A stretch of 64,000 nucleotides of DNA from NCBI GenBank assembly GCA_018623135.1, contig JAAZVW010000002.1, positions 5,447-69,446 of the forward strand, read 5' to 3'. The notes under the pieces were generated by a model. It was not told the DNA's origin and did no database searches. It worked only from the letters and a program-made list of their open reading frames with translations. The stretch's first letter is position 1; every line of letters starts with the position of its first letter. The DNA comes from Pseudomonadota bacterium. GTDB taxonomy: Bacteria; Pseudomonadota; Alphaproteobacteria; UBA1280; JAAZVW01. A program made the position numbers and the translations under genes. Below, piece after piece: positions 21,967-31,031 of this stretch.

Positions 21967-22479
21967 TTATACGCTAAGGCGTTGTTCTTCCGCATCTGTT
22001 AACGGAGCTTCAATCTCCTGAATTTTGACGATAATATCGCTAGTAAACTTATTACGCAATACATCAGCCAAACTAATTTGCTTCAAGAAACTTTCAATAT
22101 GCTCTGTTAATGCTGCCCATAAATGGTGCGCATTACATTGAGAGTGGTCAGGCCTGCACCCTTGCTTAGTTTTACCGCGCGGCATAATTTTAGTACCGCA
22201 GCTTGTTACGTCTACTTTTTCTCTAACCGCCTCAACAACATCAAAAACGCTAATTTCTCCAGCAGCACGAGCAATTAAGTATCCGCCACCAGGGCCACGC
22301 ATACTTTTAACCAAACCAGCACGACGCAAGTTTGCAAACAACTGCTCAAGATAAGACAAAGAAATTTGCTGATTCTGAGAGATTTCCATAAGTGTTACAG
22401 GGCGCATATCTTCTTCTTGCATTTTAGCAAGATCAAGCATAGCCATAACAGCGTAACGACCTTTCGTTGAAAGATGCAT
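21967..22479 (-). CDS. iscR: Rrf2-family Fe-S regulator IscR
   Basis: Rrf2 wHTH N-terminus (MHLSTKGRYAVMAMLDLA) and three Cys in the C-terminal half. Start moved from 22545 to 22479. Confidence 0.85.
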   Translation of the reverse strand: MHLSTKGRYAVMAMLDLAKMQEEDMRPVTLMEISQNQQISLSYLEQLFANLRRAGLVKSMRGPGGGYLIARAAGEISVFDVVEAVREKVDVTSCGTKIMPRGKTKQGCRPDHSQCNAHHLWAALTEHIESFLKQISLADVLRNKFTSDIIVKIQEIEAPLTDAEEQRLSV

Positions 22480-22560
22480 GTTCAAAATTCCTGATTTAAA
22501 TAATTTTATGTTTAAAATGAATACAATAAAAACTTCTACTTTCACCGTATTCTATAAAGA

Positions 22561-22593
22561 AATATGCTATTCCCGACTTAATTAGTCAAGAAT
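22561..22593 (-). promoter_or_regulatory. putative isc promoter overlapped by an IscR type-1-like operator
   Basis: The sequence attcccGACTtaattAGTCaagaat (22569-22593) fits my recollection of the E. coli type-1 IscR consensus, ATASYYGACTRWWWYAGTCRRSTAT. On the minus strand there is TTGACT, a 17-nt spacer, then CATATT. This places the -35 element inside the operator. Confidence 0.5.
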
Positions 22594-22710
22594 TATTTTA
22601 GCCTTTTTTTTCGAAAAGCTTGAATTTTAAACCCCGAATTTGCTAAACTGCCTTTCATACAGCTAAATAGCTATAAAATATTAACCGAATGAAACGGAAA
22701 TATCCATATC

Positions 22711-23373
22711 ATGCCAGATATTACATTTAACGGCCCAGCAGGCCGTATAGAAGCAAAATACTACCCATCAGAAGATGCTAACGCCCCTATTGCTATTGTT
22801 ATGCACCCGCACCCAGAAAAGGGTGGCACCATGAACAACAAAGTAACCTACCGTATTTTTGAAGCCTTTGCGCGTTGCGGTTTTTCAGTTCTACGTTTTA
22901 ACTTCCGTGGTGTTGGTCATTCAGAAGGCTCTTATGATTCAGGTGAAGGTGAGCTTCTCGATGCGATGGCAGCTTTAGATTGGATTCACGCCCAACATCC
23001 ACACACACAAGGTATTTGGGTCTCAGGCTTTTCTTTTGGTTCTTGGATTGCTATGCAAATGATTATGCGCCGCCCAGATGTAAATCGCTTTGTTGCCGTA
23101 TCTCCACCAGCAGGCGCTTACGACTTTAACTTCCTAAACCCATGCCCAACATCTGGTTTTGTTGTTGTAGGTTCAGAAGACGAAATCGTTTCTCCAGATT
23201 CTGTTAAGGAGCTACTTAAAAAGACGCAACGTCAAAAAGATGTTAAAATTCATTACTCAGAAATTATTGGCGCAGACCATTTCTACACGGTTCAGCAAGA
23301 TATGCTTACACAACGTCTTTGTCAGTACATCTTAGCCAATACAACATATCGTCCTTCATCTACAGCACGATAA
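22711..23373 (+). CDS. alpha/beta-fold hydrolase
   Basis: Nucleophile elbow GFSFGS and a C-terminal GADHF His motif. Confidence 0.75.
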   Translation: MPDITFNGPAGRIEAKYYPSEDANAPIAIVMHPHPEKGGTMNNKVTYRIFEAFARCGFSVLRFNFRGVGHSEGSYDSGEGELLDAMAALDWIHAQHPHTQGIWVSGFSFGSWIAMQMIMRRPDVNRFVAVSPPAGAYDFNFLNPCPTSGFVVVGSEDEIVSPDSVKELLKKTQRQKDVKIHYSEIIGADHFYTVQQDMLTQRLCQYILANTTYRPSSTAR

Positions 23374-24380
23374 AGCGTATATTTTTCAGGCGCGTGGCGG
23401 CAAAACATAAAGCGGCCACGTGCTTTTTCTTTGGCGCCACTATATCTTAAATCCTGAAACACAAAACAGTTATTACCATCAAGCTGTTTAAGGCGTAAAT
23501 ATACGGAGTATCTTGTTAACGCACGGTATTTATCATGCACGCCTGAACGCCAAGCTTCTTTCGCCTGCTCAGGTAAATGCCTACCAAAACGACGATACAC
23601 CCGCCACACAGCTTTATGCATTGGCTTGTACAGCGCATCTAAACGCTTAGATCTATTAAAATCAGCACGCACTCTAACTTCTTTTTTTCGGAAAATATTC
23701 ACACGAGTATCGTGTATTTTATCATCTGCCGTTTCAATCATAATACGCCAGTTAAATGTAGAAACAGGCTGAGGCAACACATGGTATTTAACCACATCTA
23801 ATTGCATCGTTTTAGCATAGTCTTTTGCAAAAGAATAAGCACGTAAATGGTACGTACCTAAAACCACAACATAAATAATAGCACTCAATAAGCCTAGTCG
23901 TGCAATATGCACCCTAAATTGCGGAATCATTAAGCCCAAAACAAGCACAATAAGCGCACCGAAAACAAAGTTAACATCAAAACTATTAATCAGGCTTAAT
24001 CTAAATTTCATATCCCAAAACGGCGCAAAAAGGGCAACACCAGATTCAGTAAGCACCGCCATTAAAGAAATTGCAACCATAGTAATAAGGGTTACAGGCC
24101 AAATCGCCTCTAAAGGACGACCCACCAATTTAGAAAAAGAAAATGCCAACGCAAAAGAAGCAAAGGGCGCTAGGAGTAAAGACCAGGTAAATCCATACGC
24201 AAACTGATGATACAAACCAAAACTATATAAACTTAATACCTCATCAGCATGTGGGTACAAACCACAAAGAGCACCCAACAAATAGCGCCATTTACCAAGT
24301 TGGTCTGCACGCGCATCTTGCGGCTTAGCAAAAGCCCAAGCCAGCAACATACCTATAAAAATATTAATAAAAGGATGCAT
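23322..24380 (-). CDS. integral membrane protein with a basic soluble C-terminal domain, function unknown
   Basis: About 6 N-terminal hydrophobic helices followed by a roughly 150-aa basic domain. The 3' end overlaps the convergent hydrolase gene by 52 nt. Confidence 0.6.
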   Translation of the reverse strand: MHPFINIFIGMLLAWAFAKPQDARADQLGKWRYLLGALCGLYPHADEVLSLYSFGLYHQFAYGFTWSLLLAPFASFALAFSFSKLVGRPLEAIWPVTLITMVAISLMAVLTESGVALFAPFWDMKFRLSLINSFDVNFVFGALIVLVLGLMIPQFRVHIARLGLLSAIIYVVVLGTYHLRAYSFAKDYAKTMQLDVVKYHVLPQPVSTFNWRIMIETADDKIHDTRVNIFRKKEVRVRADFNRSKRLDALYKPMHKAVWRVYRRFGRHLPEQAKEAWRSGVHDKYRALTRYSVYLRLKQLDGNNCFVFQDLRYSGAKEKARGRFMFCRHAPEKYTLYRAVDEGRYVVLAKMY

Positions 24381-24397
24381 TTAGTCCATCTTTCCTA

Positions 24398-25495
24398 CTA
24401 CTTACAGGCCGTGAGTATACCGCCAATTGTTTGCTTTTGGCAAGCAGTGGTTTCTGGCAATGTAATGGGTAAATTTTTCAAGCGTCTCACAGCAAGCCAT
24501 GCAAAGCATTCAGCCTCCAAAATATCGGGTCTTAACCCTAATTCTTCTACAGAATTTACTTCTGGTAAACGCTCTTTTAACATACGCATCATTAACGGAT
24601 GATAAACACCCCCACCAGTCACCCAAACCGATTTAGGCTCTAACGGCAATAATTTTAACGATTCTTTTAAGCTCTCCACCGTCAAAGCACTAAGCGTTGC
24701 CGCACCATCTGCGGGGCTTAGCATACTCACATCTACACCAGCAAAATCGTAACGATCAGCTGATTTTGGTAAAGGTTCTTTTAAAAAGCTTAATTTAGCC
24801 ATATTTTGCGCAAGTACTGATTCATTCACCTGACCAGAAAGCGCCATTTTATCATCTTTATCATAAGCGGCATTTAAGTGTTTTTGTGCATGGCTATCAA
24901 GTAATCCACAACCAGGGCCAAAATCCCCAGCAAGAATCGCATCGCCCGACCCCAACCATGTGCCATTACTTACACCACCAATATTCACAATAAGTGTTGG
25001 CTTTTGTACTTTTTTAAATAACGCCTTATGGTAAAGCGCGGCAAGAGGCGCGCCTTGACCTCCTGCTGCCATATCCGCACGCCTAAAATCACCCGCAACA
25101 GCAATACCTGTAAGCACAAATAAACGGTTTACATCGCCCATTTGGCAGGTAATCCCCTCTTCTGGCATATGCCTCACTGTCTGCCCATGAAACCCAATAA
25201 CAGCAATATCTTTAGCGTCCGTTTCGGTATGTTCTAATAAATCCTGCACCGCTTCAGCGTGCAATTCTGTTAATTTCTTTTCAAGTCTCAAATAACTTTT
25301 AAAAGGAATATCCAAACGCGCAGCAGCCGAAAGCTCTCTTCTCATATCTTCAGGATATTCAACATAAGTACTGCCAATAAAATGCACATAGTCTTGACCA
25401 TCTGTTTCAATCAGCGCTGCATCTATACCGTCTAAAGATGTGCCGCTCATTAAACCTATTGCCAAAAATTTATCAGTTGCTTTAAGCGTTGCCAT
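24398..25495 (-). CDS. anmK: anhydro-N-acetylmuramic acid kinase
   Basis: N-terminal GLMSGTSLDGIDAAL motif. Start moved from 25573 to MATLK at 25495, which has an AAGAGG RBS. Confidence 0.88.
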   Translation of the reverse strand: MATLKATDKFLAIGLMSGTSLDGIDAALIETDGQDYVHFIGSTYVEYPEDMRRELSAAARLDIPFKSYLRLEKKLTELHAEAVQDLLEHTETDAKDIAVIGFHGQTVRHMPEEGITCQMGDVNRLFVLTGIAVAGDFRRADMAAGGQGAPLAALYHKALFKKVQKPTLIVNIGGVSNGTWLGSGDAILAGDFGPGCGLLDSHAQKHLNAAYDKDDKMALSGQVNESVLAQNMAKLSFLKEPLPKSADRYDFAGVDVSMLSPADGAATLSALTVESLKESLKLLPLEPKSVWVTGGGVYHPLMMRMLKERLPEVNSVEELGLRPDILEAECFAWLAVRRLKNLPITLPETTACQKQTIGGILTACK

Positions 25496-25602
25496 AGAAT
25501 AACCTCTTATTTCATGCGTATTTGAATCTATTTCATTTGTAACATACACCGCAAAAAAGCTAAACAAACCCAACTCTTTTAAAGGAATTTAAAGGCAAAG
25601 AC

Positions 25603-26094
25603 ATGTGTAATAAAGTCACAGCAGAACAAAAGTACCAAAATATTATGATGCAAGATCTCACCGCCGCAAAAGAACTTGCAGCAACAGAAGGATTTTGGCC
25701 AGCAGAAGATTTTAAACAGATTTTAAAAGATGTTGAAACAAACCGCCTAAGCCCAGAAGAATTCAAACAAAGCTGCGCCTATTCCTATATTACTAAATAC
25801 TACAGCGAGCTCCATGCCAAACAATCAGAACAACTTTATTTACAAGGCTTAAGTCCTTTTAATGGGCTAAAAGTTGCTATTAAAGATGAGGTAGAGCTTA
25901 CAGAATTAATCGGACAAATATGCCCCGAACTCTCCTCAGAAGATATTCTTAACCTCATACAAACATATCAAGTTAAAATCCAACAGGTTGTTGCTTATAA
26001 TCCTAAAAGCATTTTCCAGCTTGGCGGGCAAGATTTTCACATAGAAATCAACAACCTGCTAAGCACAAATATCAGACTTGTCAAGGCAAAATAA
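25603..26094 (+). CDS. hypothetical protein (163 aa)
   Basis: Intact ORF with no recognised motif. Confidence 0.45.
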   Translation: MCNKVTAEQKYQNIMMQDLTAAKELAATEGFWPAEDFKQILKDVETNRLSPEEFKQSCAYSYITKYYSELHAKQSEQLYLQGLSPFNGLKVAIKDEVELTELIGQICPELSSEDILNLIQTYQVKIQQVVAYNPKSIFQLGGQDFHIEINNLLSTNIRLVKAK

Positions 26095-26197
26095 ATACAT
26101 AATACACACAAAAAAAGGTTGCTTTTTTGGAATAAGGCTGTACTATTCGTATACAACAAAGAGGGAAGTTTCAACTTTAATTTTAAGGAACAGACAA

Positions 26198-26854
26198 ATG
26201 TCAAAAGATGCACCTAAACGCAACTTAGATGCACTGGTTCGCGAAGATATTCGTGAAAAGATTCTTTCAGGCATCCTATCGGATGGCGCACACCTAAGCG
26301 AAATCAAAATTTCGAAAGAATATAATGTATCTCGTACACCTGTACGTGAAGCCCTTTGCGCATTAGCCGCAGATGGTTTAATTGAAATGATTCCAAACCG
26401 TGGTTGTTTTGCTAAAACACCATCTGGTCAACAAATCACAGACCTCATGAGCATGTACGCAAACTTACTTGCTATGGGCGCACGTTTAGCAACATCTAGC
26501 ATTTCACCGACATCTCTTATGTCGTATGAATCAGAGCTACAAGGCCTACGTGAAGCAAGTTCTATCGAAATCTTCAACGAGAAACGCCAAGCGTTAAACA
26601 GCATCATTCTTGAATCTGTTTCAAACTCAGCATTTGCTGATACATTTAAAAACATTGAGCAACGCATTCCTTACACAATTATTAATGCCATCTCAATGGA
26701 AGCAAAAACAGAAATAGAACAAGGCTACGCAACACTACTTGTTGCTATGAAGCGTGAAAAACCAGAAACAGCAGAAAAATCAATGCGTGAACTTATGTTC
26801 GCAAGCTTCTCTGGCTCTTCTTGGTCTTCAGAAACAACATCGCTTGCTTCTTAA
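26198..26854 (+). CDS. GntR-family transcriptional regulator (FadR/FCD-like C-terminus)
   Basis: wHTH region LSEIKISKEYNVSRTPVREAL. Start moved from 26078 to MSKDAPK at 26198, which has an AAGGAA RBS. Confidence 0.82.
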   Translation: MSKDAPKRNLDALVREDIREKILSGILSDGAHLSEIKISKEYNVSRTPVREALCALAADGLIEMIPNRGCFAKTPSGQQITDLMSMYANLLAMGARLATSSISPTSLMSYESELQGLREASSIEIFNEKRQALNSIILESVSNSAFADTFKNIEQRIPYTIINAISMEAKTEIEQGYATLLVAMKREKPETAEKSMRELMFASFSGSSWSSETTSLAS

Positions 26855-26876
26855 TACTGCATTATATTTGCGACAT

Positions 26877-26905
26877 AGGGTGCCCTACTAAGGCACCCTT
26901 TTTAT
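26877..26905 (+). terminator. rho-independent terminator of the GntR gene
   Basis: Stem agggtgcc/ggcaccct (26877-26884 / 26892-26899), followed by a T5 run. Confidence 0.8.
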
Positions 26906-26979
26906 TGCGTCATAACACCAAAACTGCTATGTTAGGCATATATAAACAAGTTTAATTTACTTAAGGAATATTAACGCCC

Positions 26980-27054
26980 ATGATGATCTACCTCATGCCA
27001 TATCTAATCGGTATCGGGATTATGATATGGGCAGCAACATTCATTTTTGGCTAA
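26980..27054 (+). CDS. candidate 24-aa hydrophobic small protein (MMIYLMPYLIGIGIMIWAATFIFG)
   Basis: Not in the ORF track because it is too short. AAGGAA sits 11 nt upstream, the peptide is a single TM-length hydrophobic stretch, and its own terminator lies at 27093-27124. Confidence 0.35.
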   Translation: MMIYLMPYLIGIGIMIWAATFIFG

Positions 27055-27092
27055 TAACTAGCATCAACATTTTTATGTTGCTTCCTTATTGT

Positions 27093-27124
27093 AAAAAAGC
27101 TCCGTATGAACGGAGCTTTTTTAT
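27093..27124. terminator. bidirectional rho-independent terminator
   Basis: Stem agctccg/cggagct (27099-27105 / 27111-27117), flanked by an A6 run and a T6 run. Confidence 0.8.
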
Positions 27125-27137
27125 TTGTGGTAGGGTT

Positions 27138-27806
27138 TTATTTATCTCTAAGTGCTTTTACTGATTTTATCGCAAGTTTTATTGACCCTCTAAAGATAGA
27201 AAGCGCAATCACAAAGCTCACAAGCACATCAACCCAAAGCATCCCTGTAAATTTAATCACAAGTGCCGCAACAATAACACCAATAGAACTCACAGCATCA
27301 TAAATAAGGTGCAAATACACGCCTTTCATATTTAAGTTGCTGTCTTTTACATCATGCAAAACCACAGCGCCTAAAATATTAGCAAGCAAACCTGTAACAG
27401 CTATCCATAACATAATACCGCTTAAAATTTCTACAGGTTGCCCAAAGCGTTCATAAGCTTCATAAAAAATCCAGCCCGACGTTAAAATCAACAAGCTTGC
27501 ATTTATAAGGGCAGAAAAATCTTCCGCACGAGATGTCTTCCCTTTAGCCATTTGCTTTTGCGCGTAATAAGATGCAAAAATCGCAAGCCCAATAGAAAAC
27601 ACATCCGTAAACATATGCCCAGCTTCTGCAAGTAAAGCTAGCGATTTAGAGACAATACCGCCCCAAACCTCTGCCGCAAATAACGAAAAATTAATCAAAA
27701 AAGCAATTTTTAAACGATTACGATTCATATGGCGCATCTGTTTATGATCATGGTGATCACAACAATGCCCGTCATCATGAGACGTATGGTGATGGTCTTG
27801 GTGCAT
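27138..27806 (-). CDS. cation diffusion facilitator (CDF) transporter with membrane domain only and a His/Cys-rich N-terminus
   Basis: TM2 motif HMFTD and TM5 motif HLIYD form the site-A ligands. N-terminus is MHQDHHHTSHDDGHCCDHHDH. The protein ends right after TM6, so there is no C-terminal cytoplasmic domain. Confidence 0.8.
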   Translation of the reverse strand: MHQDHHHTSHDDGHCCDHHDHKQMRHMNRNRLKIAFLINFSLFAAEVWGGIVSKSLALLAEAGHMFTDVFSIGLAIFASYYAQKQMAKGKTSRAEDFSALINASLLILTSGWIFYEAYERFGQPVEILSGIMLWIAVTGLLANILGAVVLHDVKDSNLNMKGVYLHLIYDAVSSIGVIVAALVIKFTGMLWVDVLVSFVIALSIFRGSIKLAIKSVKALRDK

Positions 27807-27967
27807 GTAAATTCCCCTTTACACAAGCTATAAAATAATCAGAAAAAACAGTCTAATATAAATAGGCTTTAATCTCTAGCTCTAATCAGCTGAGTTCTAA
27901 ATTATCTTTAAATTGCTGTATAAAAGCCTTATAATTCCTTCACTATTAATAATATTGAGAAACATCT

Positions 27968-28861
27968 ATGGATAACCACCAACATCAAGAGCAGCGCCTT
28001 TCACAAAAAGCACTCAGCATTTCTGTTTTACTATCGTTTATTTATATCGGTATCCAATTTTATGGTGCACAAATTTCAGGCTCCTTAGCTCTAGCAGCAG
28101 ATGCCAGCCACATGATCGCCCACGCACTTACCATGGTTATTGCCTTTATTGCTGCAAACATTGCTTACAAACGTAAAGCGACACAAAGCAATGGCTGGAA
28201 GATAGAAGTTTTCGGTGGTTTTTTAAATGCCCTTATTCTTATTGTCACAGCACTTATTTTAGCTATAGAAGTCTCTGAACGATTTATAGAACACGAAGCT
28301 GTTGACCCTGTCTCTATGGGCATTATGGCATCTATTGGCTTTTTAATTCACCTCACCTCTGTTGCGGTTCTTTTTCCTGTACGTAAAAATAACTTAAATA
28401 TATACGCCGCTTTTATTCACATTTCATTTGATGTAGCGGCCACCCTTGTAAATATTATAACGTCCATTCTTATTTTTTACACCAAACTGCCAATGTTAGA
28501 TAACATCGCAACTGTTATTATTGTGCTGCTTATTAGTATAAGCGGCATCAGGCTTATTATAAAAAGCAGCCGTCTTCTTTTAGATACAGTTCCAAGATAT
28601 CTGACAAAGGATAAAATACGAGAAGCTCTTTTAAATATTGAGCATATACAAGGCGTTCACTCAATCCAAGTACGCCCCAAAGGGCAAGACACACTAGAAA
28701 TGAGCGCTCACATTGTACTTTGTGACCACTGCCAAGAAGCAAAACACTGGATTGCTTGCCAAGCAAAAGCACAACGGATATTACAAGAAGAATTCGGCAT
28801 TGCCTATTCAGTATTGCAAATTGAATATGAATCTGCGCATACTATGGATGCAGACTCATAA
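27968..28861 (+). CDS. cation diffusion facilitator (CDF) transporter, full length
   Basis: Six TM helices plus a C-terminal domain. TM2 carries SHMIAH (His where Asp is usual) and TM5 carries HISFD. Confidence 0.8.
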   Translation: MDNHQHQEQRLSQKALSISVLLSFIYIGIQFYGAQISGSLALAADASHMIAHALTMVIAFIAANIAYKRKATQSNGWKIEVFGGFLNALILIVTALILAIEVSERFIEHEAVDPVSMGIMASIGFLIHLTSVAVLFPVRKNNLNIYAAFIHISFDVAATLVNIITSILIFYTKLPMLDNIATVIIVLLISISGIRLIIKSSRLLLDTVPRYLTKDKIREALLNIEHIQGVHSIQVRPKGQDTLEMSAHIVLCDHCQEAKHWIACQAKAQRILQEEFGIAYSVLQIEYESAHTMDADS

Positions 28862-28905
28862 AACAAAAACACAACCATTTAACGCAAATAATAAAGGGAA
28901 ATCTT

Positions 28906-29382
28906 ATGGCACAAGTTCCAGAAAAACCACGCAAATGCCTTAGCATTGATGATATACAAGTCGGCCAAAAGTTTGAAAAAGAATACGCCGTTTCATACGA
29001 AACTGTTAAAAAGTTTGCTGAAATTTCTGGCGACTGGAATCCTGTTCACCATGACCCAGAATACGCAGAAACAACTATCTTTAAAAAACAAATTGCCCAT
29101 GGCATGATCTCCGTTGCACAGTTTTCTGGCATTTTTGGTATGGACCTACCAGGCCTTGGCGCGGTATGGACACGCCAAGATACAACATTCTTAAAACCTG
29201 TTTACTTAGACCAACCTTACAAAGCCGTTGTCGAAGTAAAAGAAATTCAAGGTCGCCGTGTTGTCTTTACAGTATGGACAGAAAATGCAGATGGTGAAAA
29301 AGTACTAGAAGGCGAAGGCGAACTTATGCCTATCCCTGCAAAAGTAAAAGATAAGACAGATCTGACAAATCTTTTAGCCTAA
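28906..29382 (+). CDS. MaoC-like (R)-specific enoyl-CoA hydratase / dehydratase
   Basis: Hot-dog fold motif SGDWNPVHHDPEYA. Confidence 0.82.
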   Translation: MAQVPEKPRKCLSIDDIQVGQKFEKEYAVSYETVKKFAEISGDWNPVHHDPEYAETTIFKKQIAHGMISVAQFSGIFGMDLPGLGAVWTRQDTTFLKPVYLDQPYKAVVEVKEIQGRRVVFTVWTENADGEKVLEGEGELMPIPAKVKDKTDLTNLLA

Positions 29383-29395
29383 TCTTACAAAACAA

Positions 29396-29428
29396 CCAAA
29401 AAAAGCCAGTATTTACTGGCTTTTTTTA
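29396..29428 (+). terminator. rho-independent terminator
   Basis: Stem gccagt/actggc (29405-29410 / 29415-29420), followed by a T7 run. Confidence 0.8.
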
Positions 29429-29539
29429 TGTACCTATAAATAAAGCCTAACTATATAGGGTTAAAGTTATTGCTTTTTTGTTAAGCATGATTAAAATTAT
29501 ATTTTAAGTAACGAGAACAAATAAAAAGAGACGGAATCC

Positions 29540-29860
29540 ATGTTTGAAAAACTAGATGAAATAAAAGCTCAAGATGCCGAATTTGTAAAAGTTTTAGTCA
29601 GCATGTTTATGGAGCAAGGCCCCGAACTCTATCAAGATGTTCGTAAAGCCTGTTCAACATCTGAGTCAGAAAAAGTTGTGGCAGCCTCCCATTCTTTAAA
29701 AGGTGTCTGCATGAACTTAGGTTTTAATGAACTTGCCGATATTTGCAAAGATATAGAAGAACAAAGCCGAAATGGAGAACTTAATTCAGCCTGCGCCCTA
29801 TTAAATGACTTAGATGTTAAATATCAAGAAGTCTTTAACGGCTTAGCAAGCTATCAATAA
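29540..29860 (+). CDS. stand-alone histidine phosphotransfer (Hpt) protein
   Basis: Hpt phosphorylation motif AASHSLKGVCMNLGF within a 106-aa helical protein. Confidence 0.78.
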   Translation: MFEKLDEIKAQDAEFVKVLVSMFMEQGPELYQDVRKACSTSESEKVVAASHSLKGVCMNLGFNELADICKDIEEQSRNGELNSACALLNDLDVKYQEVFNGLASYQ

Positions 29861-29989
29861 TTGTACGAGATGGTCTTTACTTGTAGTGTAAGTTTTATAC
29901 GTAAATAATCCTTCCCCTCTCTTGTATCTCTCTTGTTGTTTGCGTGGTTTCCCACTTAACACACAATTAAAGACCTTAATAAAAAGAAG

Positions 29990-30018
29990 AAATAAGCCCC
30001 GCTCTGGCGGGGCTTTCC
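29990..30018 (-). terminator. rho-independent terminator of accA
   Basis: Stem agccccgc/gcggggct (29995-30002 / 30007-30014), with a T-rich tract on the minus strand. Confidence 0.7.
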
Positions 30019-30041
30019 TAATCGATAACTTAAGCTATTGG

Positions 30042-30998
30042 CTATTTTTCTAAACGTGTCATCGCCAAAAACTTCTTACGGCGGTTTTTATGTAAATCTG
30101 GTTGCCTCATATGCTTTTCTAGAGACTCTGCAATCGCTTTACGTGCACGCTTAAAGGCTAAATCTTTATCACGGTGTACACCACCAACAGGCTCTTTCAC
30201 CACTTTATCAATCACCGCTAGTTTTTTCAGATGATCAGAAGTTAGGTTCAAAGCTTCCGCTGCTTGCGGCGCTGCCGCTGCATCTCGCCATAAAATTGAG
30301 GCGCAGCCTTCAGGAGAAATCACAGAATATATTGCATGCTCATTCATAAGCACTTCATCTGCCACAGCAATCGCAATCGCACCACCAGAACCACCTTCAC
30401 CAATAACAAGAGAAACAACAGGTGTTTTCACATTCATAAGCTGTTCAATGCAAGATGCAATCGCTTCCGACTGACCACGTGCTTCAGCTTCAATACCAGG
30501 AAAAGCACCAGAAGTATCAACAAATGAAATAATCGGCAAACCAAATTTATCAGCCATCGCCATTAAACGTTTGGCCTTGCGGTAACCTTCTGGTTTCGGC
30601 ATACCAAAGTTATGTTTCATACGGCTTTTTGTATCAGAACCTTTTTCTGTACCCAGCACAACAACACTTTGGCCGTTAAATTTACCAATGCCGCCAATAA
30701 GTGCTTTGTCTTCACCGTACAAACGGTCACCCGCAAGCGGTACAAAATCATCAATCAGACCATCAATATAATCTAAAGCATGCGCACGTTCCGGATGGCG
30801 CGCCACTTGCGTTTTTTGCCATGCTGTAAGGTTACGATATAAACGACGTGTCACCGCAAGCTTTTGTAAAGTTAAACGGTCAATTTCTGCATCATAATCG
30901 GCAGACTTGTCGGCAGAGCCCTCAAGCTGTTGCGAACGAAGCAGCTCAATCTCTTTAACAATTTCTAAAATTGGTTTTTCAAAATCTAAGTATTGCAT
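30042..30998 (-). CDS. accA: acetyl-CoA carboxylase carboxyltransferase alpha subunit
   Basis: Full-length match to the AccA pattern (LDFEKPI..., FVDTSGAFPG, GEGGSGGA). Confidence 0.95.
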   Translation of the reverse strand: MQYLDFEKPILEIVKEIELLRSQQLEGSADKSADYDAEIDRLTLQKLAVTRRLYRNLTAWQKTQVARHPERAHALDYIDGLIDDFVPLAGDRLYGEDKALIGGIGKFNGQSVVVLGTEKGSDTKSRMKHNFGMPKPEGYRKAKRLMAMADKFGLPIISFVDTSGAFPGIEAEARGQSEAIASCIEQLMNVKTPVVSLVIGEGGSGGAIAIAVADEVLMNEHAIYSVISPEGCASILWRDAAAAPQAAEALNLTSDHLKKLAVIDKVVKEPVGGVHRDKDLAFKRARKAIAESLEKHMRQPDLHKNRRKKFLAMTRLEK

Positions 30999-31031
30999 AG
31001 GCGGTAATTTAGCATGAGTTTTTAAATTGGT

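Noticed and set aside
29861-29994. Possible sRNA in the 130-nt pyrimidine-rich tail after the Hpt gene
   Set aside because: Support consists only of one 8-bp long-range complementarity (ggtcttta at 29872-29879 and taaagacc at 29968-29975) and proximity to the accA terminator. That pairing could be chance, and there is no promoter-like element.
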